In this document: piece after piece, positions 54,469-64,000 of the stretch
How the letters are laid out: the number at the start of each line of letters is the position of its first letter
Numbering within the stretch: position 1 is the first letter of the stretch
Sequence record: MN850605.1
Origin: Escherichia phage fjerdesal
Reading direction: 5' to 3' (one strand)
Length of the DNA stretch: 64,000 bases
Translations under genes and position numbers: made by a program
The notes under the pieces: generated by a model
What the model was told of the DNA's origin: nothing
The model's input: only the letters and a program-made list of their open reading frames with translations
Database searches by the model: none

Positions 54469-55195
54469 CCCCTTTTAACCAACACTTCAGGTTATTAGCA
54501 TCATAATTCAGTTTCGGGTATGAGGTTACATGGAGCTGCTCACCATCATAGTAGATAATATCTGCAATCCATAGTCCATTCTCTTTACAGAAGTCTTTAT
54601 CTGCTTTAGAGGTAATTGGATTAACTTCTACAAAACCATCTACACCCAAATCCTTTAAGCTATCTACAATACCTTTGCAGATAACGCATGTCTCAGATAC
54701 TACCACAAAAAGTTCTTGGCTTTCAAGTTCTACAATGTATTCACCAAGCTGTACTTTAGGGAGATTTGATTGCTTTATAATCTTCCCATCGGCTGCACGG
54801 ACAATCGCATACCACTCTTTACCATCAACTACTGACATTCTGATAACACACTCTTGACCAGTACGCTTTTCAATGTCTGCAAGACGTTTTAAAGCTTCTT
54901 CATAGTCATCTGTGTACTTCAGGTCATTATTATGGCAAACAGCTTCCATAGCACCGTTATGGTCATGTTGTGACAGGTAAATCAAACCGTCAAGAACATA
55001 TTGTAAATCTGCCTGAGCATCCAGTGTCTCAATGGGGTCTTTCTCTTCAATTGCTTTTACAAGCTCTTTTGCTTCTTCAAGCATACACAGAGATTGAGAT
55101 TTTAAAGATTCCCAATACTCATCACTGTAAGGTTGCTTTTGAGTGTTTCCACAACGAAGGTTCCAGTTTTTTACTGATTCTCTTGAGTTAAACAT
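54440..55195 (-). CDS. hypothetical protein, possible MazG-like NTP pyrophosphohydrolase N-domain with C-terminal CxxC thioredoxin-like region
   Basis: N-terminal EEAKELVKAIEEKDPIETLDAQADLQYVLDGL; C-terminal CVIC motif; weak. Confidence 0.45.
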   Translation of the reverse strand: MFNSRESVKNWNLRCGNTQKQPYSDEYWESLKSQSLCMLEEAKELVKAIEEKDPIETLDAQADLQYVLDGLIYLSQHDHNGAMEAVCHNNDLKYTDDYEEALKRLADIEKRTGQECVIRMSVVDGKEWYAIVRAADGKIIKQSNLPKVQLGEYIVELESQELFVVVSETCVICKGIVDSLKDLGVDGFVEVNPITSKADKDFCKENGLWIADIIYYDGEQLHVTSYPKLNYDANNLKCWLKGVGYNGFTEH

Positions 55196-55434
55196 TCGGA
55201 CTCCTTAAAATATTTGTTAACCTTTAGCTCTCGTGTTTCAATATACTCTAGATGCTCACGTAGCTCTTGACGTTTAAGCATTAGGTGCTGCATTTGAGAT
55301 TCAACAGCTTCAACTTCTTTAATTATTGACTCTCTAGCATTTGCAAGAACGCGCTCAAGTTCTTCAATCTTGCTGTCAACTTTTGCTACATGACTCACAG
55401 CTTTACTTTTGTTAAACATTTTATTCTCTCTCAA
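55171..55434 (-). CDS. hypothetical coiled-coil protein
   Basis: 87-aa ORF. Confidence 0.45.
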   Translation of the reverse strand: MRENKMFNKSKAVSHVAKVDSKIEELERVLANARESIIKEVEAVESQMQHLMLKRQELREHLEYIETRELKVNKYFKESECLTQENQ

Positions 55435-55440
55435 TAGTTA

Positions 55441-55941
55441 TCAAGCACAATTTGCTTTCATGACCTTATGGATTCTTTTTTCAGCATCTTCATAAGTTTC
55501 TTTAGTAATAAACTTAATTGCTGCAATATTGGCATTGTAGAAGAGTCTGAGCTTCGAGTCAATCCTTTTTGTCATTACATCGAATTTATGTTGAAGGTTT
55601 GCTTCACCATAGACTAGGCCACCTTTTGTGTAGTAGGTCTGAATAATGTAAAAGTCAAAAAATTCTTTTCCAAAGCTTTCAATATCTTTTTTAATATACT
55701 CAGAAGAAGTCTCATAAGTCATCCAATCACTTTCCTTAGTGACTACCTTCTTCCGAGTCTTGCCAGCAACTTTTCTTTTGGTCACACTGTTAAGCTGTTT
55801 CTTACCCAAATAGTACTGTCCAGTCTTTTTGCAGTACACTAGGTAGACAAAACCAAAGTGCTTTGCTGGGTCAACTTCACCACATAGTGAAACCCAATGT
55901 CCATATTCAGGACAATTGCCAAAACCTTTTATTTTTCTCAT
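55441..55941 (-). CDS. hypothetical protein, possible GIY-YIG-like endonuclease
   Basis: FGFVYLVYCKKTGQYYLGKK loosely resembles GIY...YIG; weak. Confidence 0.45.
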   Translation of the reverse strand: MRKIKGFGNCPEYGHWVSLCGEVDPAKHFGFVYLVYCKKTGQYYLGKKQLNSVTKRKVAGKTRKKVVTKESDWMTYETSSEYIKKDIESFGKEFFDFYIIQTYYTKGGLVYGEANLQHKFDVMTKRIDSKLRLFYNANIAAIKFITKETYEDAEKRIHKVMKANCA

Positions 55942-56462
55942 TCATAAGCTTCTCCGTGATTTGTAAACTCTTTATGGAGTTCTTCTCTTTTCTTTTTGAC
56001 AACTAATTCAGCCTCAGCGATAGAGTCAAATAAACCTAGATGATAGCAAACTTTATTATGCTTGACTTGTGCAGCCCATCTACCTCTTTGCTTATGGTAA
56101 TATACACCCTTCACACCAGATTTATTATCTCTTCTTTTGGCTGCATTACAGTTATTATCTGACCTGCTACACTCTCTCAAATTGTCGAACCAGTTGTCGT
56201 GCCTGATACCATTCTTATGGTCAACAAATTTTGGTAGGTATCCTTTCATATACAAGAATGCCAGTCTGTGTGCTGCATATCTTTTCCCGAAGAGTTTTAT
56301 GTAGATATAACCACTATGATGTTTAAGACCCGCTACTGAGCCAGCTTTGGCCTTACCTTTTCTATTAACTAACCAAGTAAAGACCCCTGTTTCGGGGTCA
56401 TAGTGCAGGTATTCTTTAAGAGTTTGTTGGGTTAACATTTGGTGTCCATCCATACTTATCAA
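55938..56462 (-). CDS. HNH homing endonuclease with AP2-like DNA-binding domain
   Basis: HNH motif VDHKNGIRHDNWFDNL...N; AP2-like SGVKGVYYHKQRGRWAAQV. Confidence 0.65.
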   Translation of the reverse strand: MISMDGHQMLTQQTLKEYLHYDPETGVFTWLVNRKGKAKAGSVAGLKHHSGYIYIKLFGKRYAAHRLAFLYMKGYLPKFVDHKNGIRHDNWFDNLRECSRSDNNCNAAKRRDNKSGVKGVYYHKQRGRWAAQVKHNKVCYHLGLFDSIAEAELVVKKKREELHKEFTNHGEAYE

Positions 56463-57462
56463 AAGTGAAATCGTCTTTCTTATTTCTTTCCTGATAAGCT
56501 AAGAAAAAGTGTTGCTGCATTAACTCTAAAGGTGTTCTGGTAATTGTTTGACCATCCCACGAGACATAAGTGTATGACTCTTTCTTAGCATAAAGCTCAT
56601 AAATTGCATCAAGACACTCTTTGTAAGTGGTTTTACCTTCAAGGGCTTTCATTATAGTAACCTTACCAACACCCTTTAAACCGAAATAATTATCCGCATT
56701 ATCACCAGCCACGGCTTGATAGCAAAGAAATTTAAAACCTACCCCAACTGTCTTCTTAGCTTTGGGTGTCGATTTTATTGGGCAATCCCAAATTTCACCA
56801 ACGTTGTTATCAGCAATGAAAATCAAAGGTGACTTTTCATAGGTCATATCAATGCAGTAAGTCCCTTCAGCTTGGCGAAGGTCTTTATCAATACTCATCA
56901 AGGCAGCCTTTTTACCCATCTTTTCAGCTTTAGCAATAACGATAGAGTCAGCTTCGAATCCATCAAGAATTAGCTTGAACTCTGGCCTTGACAGAAGATA
57001 CTCGCGACAAGCAACTAAGTGTGTTGGTGTGACAGCATCTTTACGGTTACCTTGATATTGGTGCTCAAGACCTTTAATGTCTTTATGTTTATGCACACCT
57101 TTCTCTGTTAAATAACCTACCCAAGTTCTTTCTTTACCAACAACCTTAAGCCATTCCTGAAGCACCTGTTGAGTAGCCATGATAGCTTCTTTTTCACTCT
57201 TAGCTTCTTTCCAAGTCTGTCTTTCCCATTCATCTTCATCAAATGTCAGGCCAAGCTCTTCCACAAGGATTCTCTGGTCTGCTAACCATCTTGCAGCATC
57301 TTTCGCATTATCAAACGAATCAGATTCTTCTGCTGTGAGTTTATTGACATATTTATATTTTGCTTTCTCAACTACACAAGCACCTTTATAGGCAATACTG
57401 TCAGAGTCAATAAAAACATGTGTAACTGAATCGGGAAGTTTTGTTAATGTGTACTTCTCCAT
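56416..57462 (-). CDS. 5'-3' exonuclease / RNase H (FEN family)
   Basis: 348 aa; acidic active-site clusters (FIDSDS..., FEADSIV..., SIDKD) as in T4 RNase H-type flap endonucleases. Confidence 0.65.
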   Translation of the reverse strand: MEKYTLTKLPDSVTHVFIDSDSIAYKGACVVEKAKYKYVNKLTAEESDSFDNAKDAARWLADQRILVEELGLTFDEDEWERQTWKEAKSEKEAIMATQQVLQEWLKVVGKERTWVGYLTEKGVHKHKDIKGLEHQYQGNRKDAVTPTHLVACREYLLSRPEFKLILDGFEADSIVIAKAEKMGKKAALMSIDKDLRQAEGTYCIDMTYEKSPLIFIADNNVGEIWDCPIKSTPKAKKTVGVGFKFLCYQAVAGDNADNYFGLKGVGKVTIMKALEGKTTYKECLDAIYELYAKKESYTYVSWDGQTITRTPLELMQQHFFLAYQERNKKDDFTFDKYGWTPNVNPTNS

Positions 57463-57482
57463 TATGGCTCTCCATATGAAAA

Positions 57483-57510
57483 AGCCCCATACTAAGTACA
57501 GGGCTTTAAA
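57483..57510 (-). terminator. rho-independent terminator
   Basis: Minus strand AGCCC...GGGCT hairpin followed by TTTTT. Confidence 0.5.
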
Positions 57511-57524
57511 GTAACTTTTAGAGA

Positions 57525-58382
57525 TTAGTCTTCTGTGTCGAAGTCTTCATCTTCTTCGTCATCTGGGTCTGGCAAATCTTCATCATCACCATCATCAGAA
57601 GTATTCGAAGATTTATGGTCTGTTGCGTCTTCTTCAGTGATTTCACCGTTATCTTCAACACCATCAAGACCAAGCATAGCCAGTTCATCTTCATCCAGTT
57701 CAGGTTCACCATTAGCACCGTTACCACCAGTGTAAGGTACAAGGGTATCAATGATAAACTGTTCCTGAATAGGTTTTGTCAGAACATTGTTCTCAAAAGT
57801 GTAGAAGTGAGTAGAAAGAATCACACTACCAAAAGAACCGTTACCAACTGCGATATCTGGATGAATTACATCATAGTTCTTGTCATCTTCATGTTTATCA
57901 GATGCTTGAGCTTTGATTTTCTTCATCGGCTGCTTAACAGCTACACGCTTACCATTTACTTCTTCAATCAGCATTACAGGGAATGACTGTTTAGCTGTCC
58001 ATACAGCACCATCTTTATAAGCTGCTGCACGACTTACTTTCAAGATGTAGTAGGTGTCTGCTTCAAAAGGTGGTTTACAACCAAACTTCTCTTCGAAGTC
58101 ATCTGCATCAACTGCTTCAGTAGTAACTTTGTCCCAGCCTTCTGGGTTTTTCTTAGACTTAGTAAACTCTTTAAACAGCTTGTTACCATCTTCTGCCAGA
58201 ATTGACACACTGTAGTTACAGTCTTTGCCTGGGAATTTCTTATCAATAGACTTACCTTTCCCCGGACGTGGTGAAGTATTCAGGTAATAAAACCAGACAT
58301 CTTTCAGCAGGTAACGCAGAGTTTGACGTTCAGTACCGTTGTATTTCTCTACCGGAGCTTTCATTTTAACAACTTTAGACAT
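57525..58382 (-). CDS. single-stranded DNA-binding protein with acidic C-terminal tail
   Basis: 285 aa ending DDGDDEDLPDPDDEEDEDFDTED; position next to primase-helicase. Confidence 0.55.
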   Translation of the reverse strand: MSKVVKMKAPVEKYNGTERQTLRYLLKDVWFYYLNTSPRPGKGKSIDKKFPGKDCNYSVSILAEDGNKLFKEFTKSKKNPEGWDKVTTEAVDADDFEEKFGCKPPFEADTYYILKVSRAAAYKDGAVWTAKQSFPVMLIEEVNGKRVAVKQPMKKIKAQASDKHEDDKNYDVIHPDIAVGNGSFGSVILSTHFYTFENNVLTKPIQEQFIIDTLVPYTGGNGANGEPELDEDELAMLGLDGVEDNGEITEEDATDHKSSNTSDDGDDEDLPDPDDEEDEDFDTED

Positions 58383-58454
58383 TATTTAAACCTCTATCTC
58401 AATTTATGAAGAGTACCAATTCTAATTTGTTGATACTCTATTGTCAAATACTAA

Positions 58455-58604
58455 TTACTGGAAGTTGTGCTTATCTTTAGAAGCTGCTTTACGTGCAGTT
58501 TTTCCAGTTCTTACACGTTTCTCTTCATAGTATTTTGCTGGTTTTCCAGCAGTGGCTTTTAAGGAATCCCCAAAAACTTTTTCAAATGCTTTAGAGTGTT
58601 TCAT
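58455..58604 (-). CDS. hypothetical small basic protein (below 60-aa ORF-track threshold)
   Basis: 49 codons MKHSKAFEKVFGDSLKATAGKPAKYYEEKRVRTGKTARKAASKDKHNFQ with GGAGA SD 6 nt upstream. Confidence 0.35.
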   Translation of the reverse strand: MKHSKAFEKVFGDSLKATAGKPAKYYEEKRVRTGKTARKAASKDKHNFQ

Positions 58605-58855
58605 GATATTCTCCGATATACTTGATATTCAAACACATTTTCTTTAATTATAAACAGCCAGCTAATATTATGCTGAGGCAGCGCAATGATGACTGTAATC
58701 ATGCTCTGGTGGAAATCTTGTTTTATCTCAACTTCCCCATCGCATTTCATGTGGAGCATTCTATAGAACCTATCAATCTTTGTCAAACACTCTTCCTGAA
58801 ATTTATTTAAACTTTTTCTTCAAAGAAGGGTGTGAACCCCTCTCTTTTATAACTA

Positions 58856-60847
58856 TCACTCAGTTTCAAACGGGCAGTCATCTGCATCCTCACTTAATAC
58901 AGGTGGAATCGTTGAGCTTTGACGTTGTTCTTCAGTATAGACTTCACCAGTCTCACGGTCAAACACTTCATCCTCATAATGAGGCAAAGAGTCATCATAA
59001 TGGTCTTCAGCTTCACCAATACCAAACTGTTGACGAATATTTTCTGCTGCGCCATCAATGTCAACACCACATCCAGAAGCTTTAATAAGACGTCCTGTAT
59101 CTGGATTATACCAAGTATGGCCAGCAATACCTGTTGACTTACCATGACGACGACACTTAGTTAACTTGATTTTTGTCAAGTTTTTCTTAACTGGGTCTGG
59201 GTCAACCTTGTTACGCATTAACAGAATGTTATTCATAGAAATCTGAAAATACGCACCAGAACCTTTGATATCCTCTTCAGAGATATCTCCACCTTCAGAG
59301 TTAGCTTTCTGACCACCTGCACTCTTACGAACGTGACATACGTTTACCTGCGCATACTGGTAGCGTTTGCAACGACGCAATAGCTCAGACAAAACTTCTT
59401 CTTCATCCGTATCAGAACGTGACAGGGCTAACGTGATAGGGTCAAGAATGATAATCTTACAGTCTAAACTGTTAACAAGATAGTCAACAAACTCTAGCAG
59501 GTTATCTTGGTCAATTGCCCCTTGATGGTCAACGATATGGATACGACGGCCTTTAGATAGTTCTGCGTGTGCTCCTTTTAATTCATCCCAATCCCGTTCA
59601 TCATAAGGAATCTCAGAAATCTGCTTGCTCAGGTGGATTGCACAGAGCATCTCCATCAACTCTTCATAGGTATCTTCTACAGGAATTACACCGATATTAT
59701 AATCAGTTTCTTTCCAAGCTGAGTAAATCATCTCACGAGTGTAAGCTGACTTACCTACTGAAGATGGTGCTGCAATAGTTGTAATCTCACCTAGACCATA
59801 ACCACCATAAGTCAGCCTGTTCAAATCTCCGAAAGATTCTGGGAAAGGAATCAATGGAATCTGACCACGATTCTTCATTGCCTCAAAACCATCTGCAAAG
59901 TTCTTGATACCAGCAGGACAGTAACGAGGTGCATTGTAGATACGCTGCTTAAATCCTTCCAGAACTGTATCTTTCTCTTTATAGAACTTTGTCCACCACT
60001 CGTTAAGGTCTTTTACGCCTTCTGGATACTGGAATAAGCGAACCTTCTCAATAGGTAGGATACCAGCAGCCTCTTTGGTAGCTTTAGCACCTGCTTCATC
60101 GTTATCAAAGCACAAGTAAATCTCATCAAATGATGTGATGTACTGATAGTTGTCTTTGATAGACTTAATGTTTGCACCTGATGGAACAGATACGTGACAG
60201 TAATTCTTACGACGAGACTTGTCCTTAATCGCAAGAGAAGTCATATAGATTGCTGTCGCACATTCCATCTCACCTTCCCAGATGAATAGACGGTTACCAC
60301 CTTCTGGAGCAATCCATGAACCGAACATTGCTAGTTCACCTTTAATGTCTCCAACACCACCAGAAAAGTCTTTTAGCTTACCACGTAGGTGCTCTTTTGG
60401 ATGGTCTTCTGGGTAACGGTGACGAACACGGTAGCCAACATGTTCTAGCTTACCATCTTCATTACGTTTGTAAGTTGGATAGAAGTGCGCATCAATTTCA
60501 CCGTCACTGTCAATGTCAACCTTGATACCTAAGCGTTCAAGGACTTTTGCAGGAATCTTCCTATCCTTTAAGTCCATTGCTTCAAGGTTTTCTTTCACAT
60601 CGTCTAAATCCATTCCACGGAAAGTACGGTTTTTATTGTCTGAACCAGTAGAATAAGTGCTCACGATTTGTCCTTTATCAAAATCCCACTCTGGGAAACC
60701 TTTGTTACAACTAAAGCAAGTCATTGAATAAGAATCATCGTCATGATGATAGATTGAACCAGCATCTGATGAACCACAACGTGGACATGCGCAATGACCA
60801 ACAAACTGACCAGCCTCTTTCAATTTACGACCTTTAGACATTAGCAC
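58856..60847 (-). CDS. DNA primase-helicase (T7 gp4-like: zinc ribbon, TOPRIM, DnaB-like helicase)
   Basis: CPRC...CFSC zinc motif, TOPRIM acidic motifs (WEGEMEC, FDNDEAG), Walker A APSSVGKS. Confidence 0.85.
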   Translation of the reverse strand: MLMSKGRKLKEAGQFVGHCACPRCGSSDAGSIYHHDDDSYSMTCFSCNKGFPEWDFDKGQIVSTYSTGSDNKNRTFRGMDLDDVKENLEAMDLKDRKIPAKVLERLGIKVDIDSDGEIDAHFYPTYKRNEDGKLEHVGYRVRHRYPEDHPKEHLRGKLKDFSGGVGDIKGELAMFGSWIAPEGGNRLFIWEGEMECATAIYMTSLAIKDKSRRKNYCHVSVPSGANIKSIKDNYQYITSFDEIYLCFDNDEAGAKATKEAAGILPIEKVRLFQYPEGVKDLNEWWTKFYKEKDTVLEGFKQRIYNAPRYCPAGIKNFADGFEAMKNRGQIPLIPFPESFGDLNRLTYGGYGLGEITTIAAPSSVGKSAYTREMIYSAWKETDYNIGVIPVEDTYEELMEMLCAIHLSKQISEIPYDERDWDELKGAHAELSKGRRIHIVDHQGAIDQDNLLEFVDYLVNSLDCKIIILDPITLALSRSDTDEEEVLSELLRRCKRYQYAQVNVCHVRKSAGGQKANSEGGDISEEDIKGSGAYFQISMNNILLMRNKVDPDPVKKNLTKIKLTKCRRHGKSTGIAGHTWYNPDTGRLIKASGCGVDIDGAAENIRQQFGIGEAEDHYDDSLPHYEDEVFDRETGEVYTEEQRQSSTIPPVLSEDADDCPFETE

Positions 60848-61034
60848 CTCTTCGTTGTAGTTCTGCCTTCAATCCATTTTCAATCTTGTCCAGTTCATGA
60901 ATTTCATCTGCAATCTCTTTCCTTCGTGATTCAACTCTCTTAAGACGTTCAATCATTACCTCATTGGAAAGAGATGAGAGTTCCACTAAACGGTGGTCAA
61001 TAACTTTAAAATTGTCTTTTACTCTCATCTTCAT
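60834..61034 (-). CDS. hypothetical coiled-coil protein
   Basis: 66-aa ORF. Confidence 0.45.
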   Translation of the reverse strand: MKMRVKDNFKVIDHRLVELSSLSNEVMIERLKRVESRRKEIADEIHELDKIENGLKAELQRRGANV

Positions 61035-61042
61035 TCTCTCTT

Positions 61043-61786
61043 TTAAACTTTAATGATGGCTCTTAGCTTGTTCTCAAGGTCTGCAAGAGTACCATTATTA
61101 TGAATAATGTCACGCTCATATTTTGTAGAAATCCCATTTTCTGAAACATGTGATGAAACTTTGTCCACATTGTCTCTTTTTACTTCAATAGTTTGGTGTG
61201 CAAATCTACTCAGCCATTCAGCTTCAGAGTCAAATCTTAAATCACTGATTAAGACAAAACCATATTGGTTTCTAAGTGAGCACATTTCATGGAATCTAAC
61301 CATTCTTTTTTCAAGGTCTTTAGACCAGAACTTGTCGCCCATTACTTTACGGACAACTTCAGTACCCCAAATCTGTTGAATTTGTCTTGATGAGAATTTA
61401 TACTTTTTACTAAACCCCAGACGTGTCAATAGAGTCGGTTTAGCAACCTTCTTAAGCTCCATGATTAATCGTCCGGTTAACTCTGACATAAGCTTGAAGT
61501 CCATATGGTAACGTTCATCTCTGAAGGTGAACTCCATAGCTTCCGTAACTTTAAACATCAGTTCAGAGTATGATAAGTCAAAAACCTGTGGAGTCTCTTT
61601 AGTTTCACCGTACAGGTCATTCCAAGTCAAGTCAAATATCTTTGATGCAGATAGTTTAAGGTTGTCTGCAAAGGCCATTACAGCAACATTGTAGCCATAC
61701 TCATCCTCTAAGATGTTCTTCACAATAGAACATGAGGTGTCTTTTCCAGAACGTGCCTTTCCAGTAAATGCGATAATATTACTCAT
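61043..61786 (-). CDS. deoxynucleoside monophosphate kinase
   Basis: N-terminal IIAFTGKARSGKDT P-loop matches T4 gene 1 dNMP kinase N-terminus as recalled. Confidence 0.7.
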   Translation of the reverse strand: MSNIIAFTGKARSGKDTSCSIVKNILEDEYGYNVAVMAFADNLKLSASKIFDLTWNDLYGETKETPQVFDLSYSELMFKVTEAMEFTFRDERYHMDFKLMSELTGRLIMELKKVAKPTLLTRLGFSKKYKFSSRQIQQIWGTEVVRKVMGDKFWSKDLEKRMVRFHEMCSLRNQYGFVLISDLRFDSEAEWLSRFAHQTIEVKRDNVDKVSSHVSENGISTKYERDIIHNNGTLADLENKLRAIIKV

Positions 61787-61804
61787 TTTATCTCCCTTAA
61801 TTAC

Positions 61805-61831
61805 TAAAAAGCCCCCAACTAAGGAGGCTTG
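61805..61831 (-). terminator. putative rho-independent terminator
   Basis: Minus strand AGCCTCC...GGGGGCT hairpin followed by TTTTT. Confidence 0.45.
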
Positions 61832-61847
61832 TAAGATTTATAAAGAC

Positions 61848-62648
61848 TTAGTGCAGTTGCTCAGCAGACTCTTTTTCAGCCATAGCTGAGATTTGCTTCA
61901 CAAAATCATCACCGAAGTTAATGCGTAGTTTTTCTTCAATGATTGAAGCACCAATGTTCACCAAAACATCATTGATGGCTTGCATACTAACGCCACCAGT
62001 CATCTCCTCAATGAACTCAATACTTACACCCATCATCTGTGAAAGTTGGATTAGTGCAACGATATTCATCATCGTAGAGATAGCTGGAATCATCAGTGCA
62101 ACTTTCACCTGAAGTGGTTCTATATCAGCTACAGAGTCATTTTCAACAGCTTCTTCCAAAGAATCTTTGGTTTGCTGGATAATTTCTTGGATTCGTGGGT
62201 TTAGTTCTTCTACCCCCCAATCAAGTTTTTCATATCGTGACAGCTTCTCTTCCATTCGCTTCTCAAGAGCAGCCATAACAGCACTTGTTGATGAAATTAT
62301 CATGGAAATTAACTCATTATTACCTAATGACAGTAATAAGTCCTTTTCTTCAGAGTTAAGGGAGATATAGTCATTTTTCTGCATCTCCTTAAAAATGAAC
62401 TCTGCAAGAGCATCAACACCTACGACTATAGATGCTAAAGCAAGTGTAGTGTCTGTCAACATCATGTTAACCTGTTCTGCAAAAGCACCGTTATCAGACT
62501 TGTCTTCAGGCAAGTTATAGCTTGAAGGCATAAACTGTTCTGTGTAGTTGTTCCCACGAAGAATCATAGCCATGCTTTCTACGGCATTGATTAAAAATGC
62601 TTCGTCAATACCTTTTTCTTCAAGCATCTTTTCTACATCGATATTCAT
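61848..62648 (-). CDS. hypothetical protein
   Basis: 266-aa ORF. Confidence 0.55.
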   Translation of the reverse strand: MNIDVEKMLEEKGIDEAFLINAVESMAMILRGNNYTEQFMPSSYNLPEDKSDNGAFAEQVNMMLTDTTLALASIVVGVDALAEFIFKEMQKNDYISLNSEEKDLLLSLGNNELISMIISSTSAVMAALEKRMEEKLSRYEKLDWGVEELNPRIQEIIQQTKDSLEEAVENDSVADIEPLQVKVALMIPAISTMMNIVALIQLSQMMGVSIEFIEEMTGGVSMQAINDVLVNIGASIIEEKLRINFGDDFVKQISAMAEKESAEQLH

Positions 62649-62649
62649 A

Positions 62650-63072
62650 TTATTTCTCTCTCAGTTGGTTAAGTTTCTTTCTAGAACATTTTAAGTTTTC
62701 GGATGAAGAAAAGTCAAGTGTCTTTTCAGAACGTGGATAATAGTGCCTATCCCAAGAAGTTTCAACATCGTTAATCAGTGACGCTAGATTACACAGGTCT
62801 GTACCACTTTGCAACCTCTTTTTAAGAGAATCTAGTAAAGCAACTGTGTCTTTAGCTTTACGTCTCGCTGTAGCAACATCTTTCATATGCTCAAATACAG
62901 AGCATTTTAAGTCATCTTCATAGTTTTCAGACAACTCTATTTCATGTTGTATATCAACCATTCTCCTGTGATGGTGAGCATATTCCCGCTGAGCAGCAAT
63001 GTCAAGTTCTTCCAACTTCTGCAAAGCTCTAACAAAGTCAGCTATGTCTGGGTGAACAAACATTTTCTGCAT
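62650..63072 (-). CDS. hypothetical protein
   Basis: 140-aa ORF. Confidence 0.55.
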   Translation of the reverse strand: MQKMFVHPDIADFVRALQKLEELDIAAQREYAHHHRRMVDIQHEIELSENYEDDLKCSVFEHMKDVATARRKAKDTVALLDSLKKRLQSGTDLCNLASLINDVETSWDRHYYPRSEKTLDFSSSENLKCSRKKLNQLREK

Positions 63073-63248
63073 GTAAGCCTCTTTTAAGTAACTATTAAGT
63101 TTTAATCTTTTATCTTAACGTATTCTATACGTTATACTTTAAAGCTTTTTAAAAGCTATTAAATAATCTTTTAAGAGTTTTAAAGTATCTGTATAGTTAA
63201 ACTGTTAAGTAACCTTTTAAGTAAAACCCACTTCGCAAAGATTAACAC

Positions 63249-63269
63249 CTTGTCAAGTACATTGTCAAC
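63249..63269. promoter_or_regulatory. conserved 21-bp motif CCTTGTCAAGTACATTGTCAAC in divergent promoter region
   Basis: Near-identical to CCTTGTCAAGTACTTTGTCAAC at 17411-17431, also in a divergent intergenic region. Confidence 0.45.
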
Positions 63270-63328
63270 TTGCTTTTTATAATTTTTTGCAGTAATGTAT
63301 GAGGTTAATGATTTTAGAGGGAGTAAAA

Positions 63329-64000
63329 ATGGAAAACGTAGATTTTAAAAACTTACATTTGGTTGGTGATACAGAAACTGATGGTTTACTCCTTGAGTTC
63401 ACTAAAGTTCACGTAATGGCCTTTGCAGACTATAAATCTGACGATGAAGAGCCACCTGTATGGGTCTTTACAGATGAGCCTATCCTCGGTCACAAGTACA
63501 CTAAGTACATTAAGGGTGGCTTACGAGAAGGTATTGAGTTTGCGTTAAAGGCAAAACGTCTTTGCATCCATAATGGTCTCGGTTATGACTGGTGGGTTTT
63601 CAATCACATTGCACCTGATTTATGGAACTTTGATAATCCAAAGTGTAAACCGTGGAGTAATTTCTTTCAGGACTCTCTTATCCAGTCTCGTGTTCAGTGG
63701 ATGGATAGACCAACTCCAAAGGGTTATAAAGGTGCTCATGGTTTGGCTGCATGGGGTGCTCGTGTCGGTGTTCGTAAACCAGAGATTGAGCATTGGGGTG
63801 TGTGGAATGCAGAAATCTTCACGCGTGTTGTAGAAGATATTCGTATTAACGCCAAAACTAAACGGGCACTTGATAATGAGTATCTCAAGCTTAAGAAGTG
63901 TGGCATAGACACTTATGAAACCTACATGCGAGCTAAAGAAACATCTTTCTGGATGAGTCAACAAGCTATCAATGGTTGGAAAGCTGATAAAGAGCTTATG
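63329..64000 (+). CDS. DNA polymerase (family A), N-terminal 3'-5' exonuclease domain; partial, continues beyond window
   Basis: ATG at 63329 with GAGGGAG SD; Exo I motif LVGDTETDGL and Exo II-like IHNGLGYDWWVF; no stop within window. Confidence 0.7.
   Translation, partial: MENVDFKNLHLVGDTETDGLLLEFTKVHVMAFADYKSDDEEPPVWVFTDEPILGHKYTKYIKGGLREGIEFALKAKRLCIHNGLGYDWWVFNHIAPDLWNFDNPKCKPWSNFFQDSLIQSRVQWMDRPTPKGYKGAHGLAAWGARVGVRKPEIEHWGVWNAEIFTRVVEDIRINAKTKRALDNEYLKLKKCGIDTYETYMRAKETSFWMSQQAINGWKADKELM

Noticed and set aside
57535-57986. Plus-strand ORFs 57535..57735 and 57615..57986
   Set aside because: Antisense to the SSB gene; the Ser-rich translation mirrors the acidic Asp/Glu-rich C-terminus of the real protein

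Overview
The window reads as a ~64 kb segment of a virulent, AT-rich tailed-phage genome, and the gene content resembles a Felix O1-type (Felixounavirus-like) myovirus; that family assignment is from memory of gene content, not a database search. Minus strand, 1-17.3 kb: a lambda-like head module (large terminase, portal, S49 prohead protease with scaffold-like tail, decoration-like protein, HK97-fold major capsid), the start of a putative tail sheath gene, and a cluster of 27 tRNA genes (10.3-15.3 kb), nearly all with genomically encoded CCA. Plus strand, 17.5-25.1 kb: a block of small unknown genes plus a GH24 endolysin preceded by a protein with three tandem Ig-like repeats. Minus strand, 26.8-63.1 kb: an array of small early genes each with its own promoter-hairpin-RBS cassette, then rIIA/rIIB, a NAMPT-like plus PRPP-synthetase-like pair, aerobic and anaerobic ribonucleotide reductases, homing endonucleases, RNase H/FEN, SSB, T7-type primase-helicase and dNMP kinase; a family-A DNA polymerase starts on the plus strand at 63.3 kb. 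Most interesting candidates: (1) a 471-aa vWA protein that looks Ro60/TROVE-like, next to the tRNA cluster, which contains a circularly permuted tRNA-like module of the kind reported for bacterial Y RNAs; (2) an NAD-centred set of early genes (NAMPT-like + Prs-like, a macro-domain protein, a possible H-Y-E ADP-ribosyltransferase fold); (3) a 1.66 kb ORF-free, motif-dense region between convergent gene blocks; (4) a 530 bp control region with iteron-like repeats, a G-quadruplex motif and a C13 tract. All functional calls are by-eye motif recognition and need homology and structure searches.
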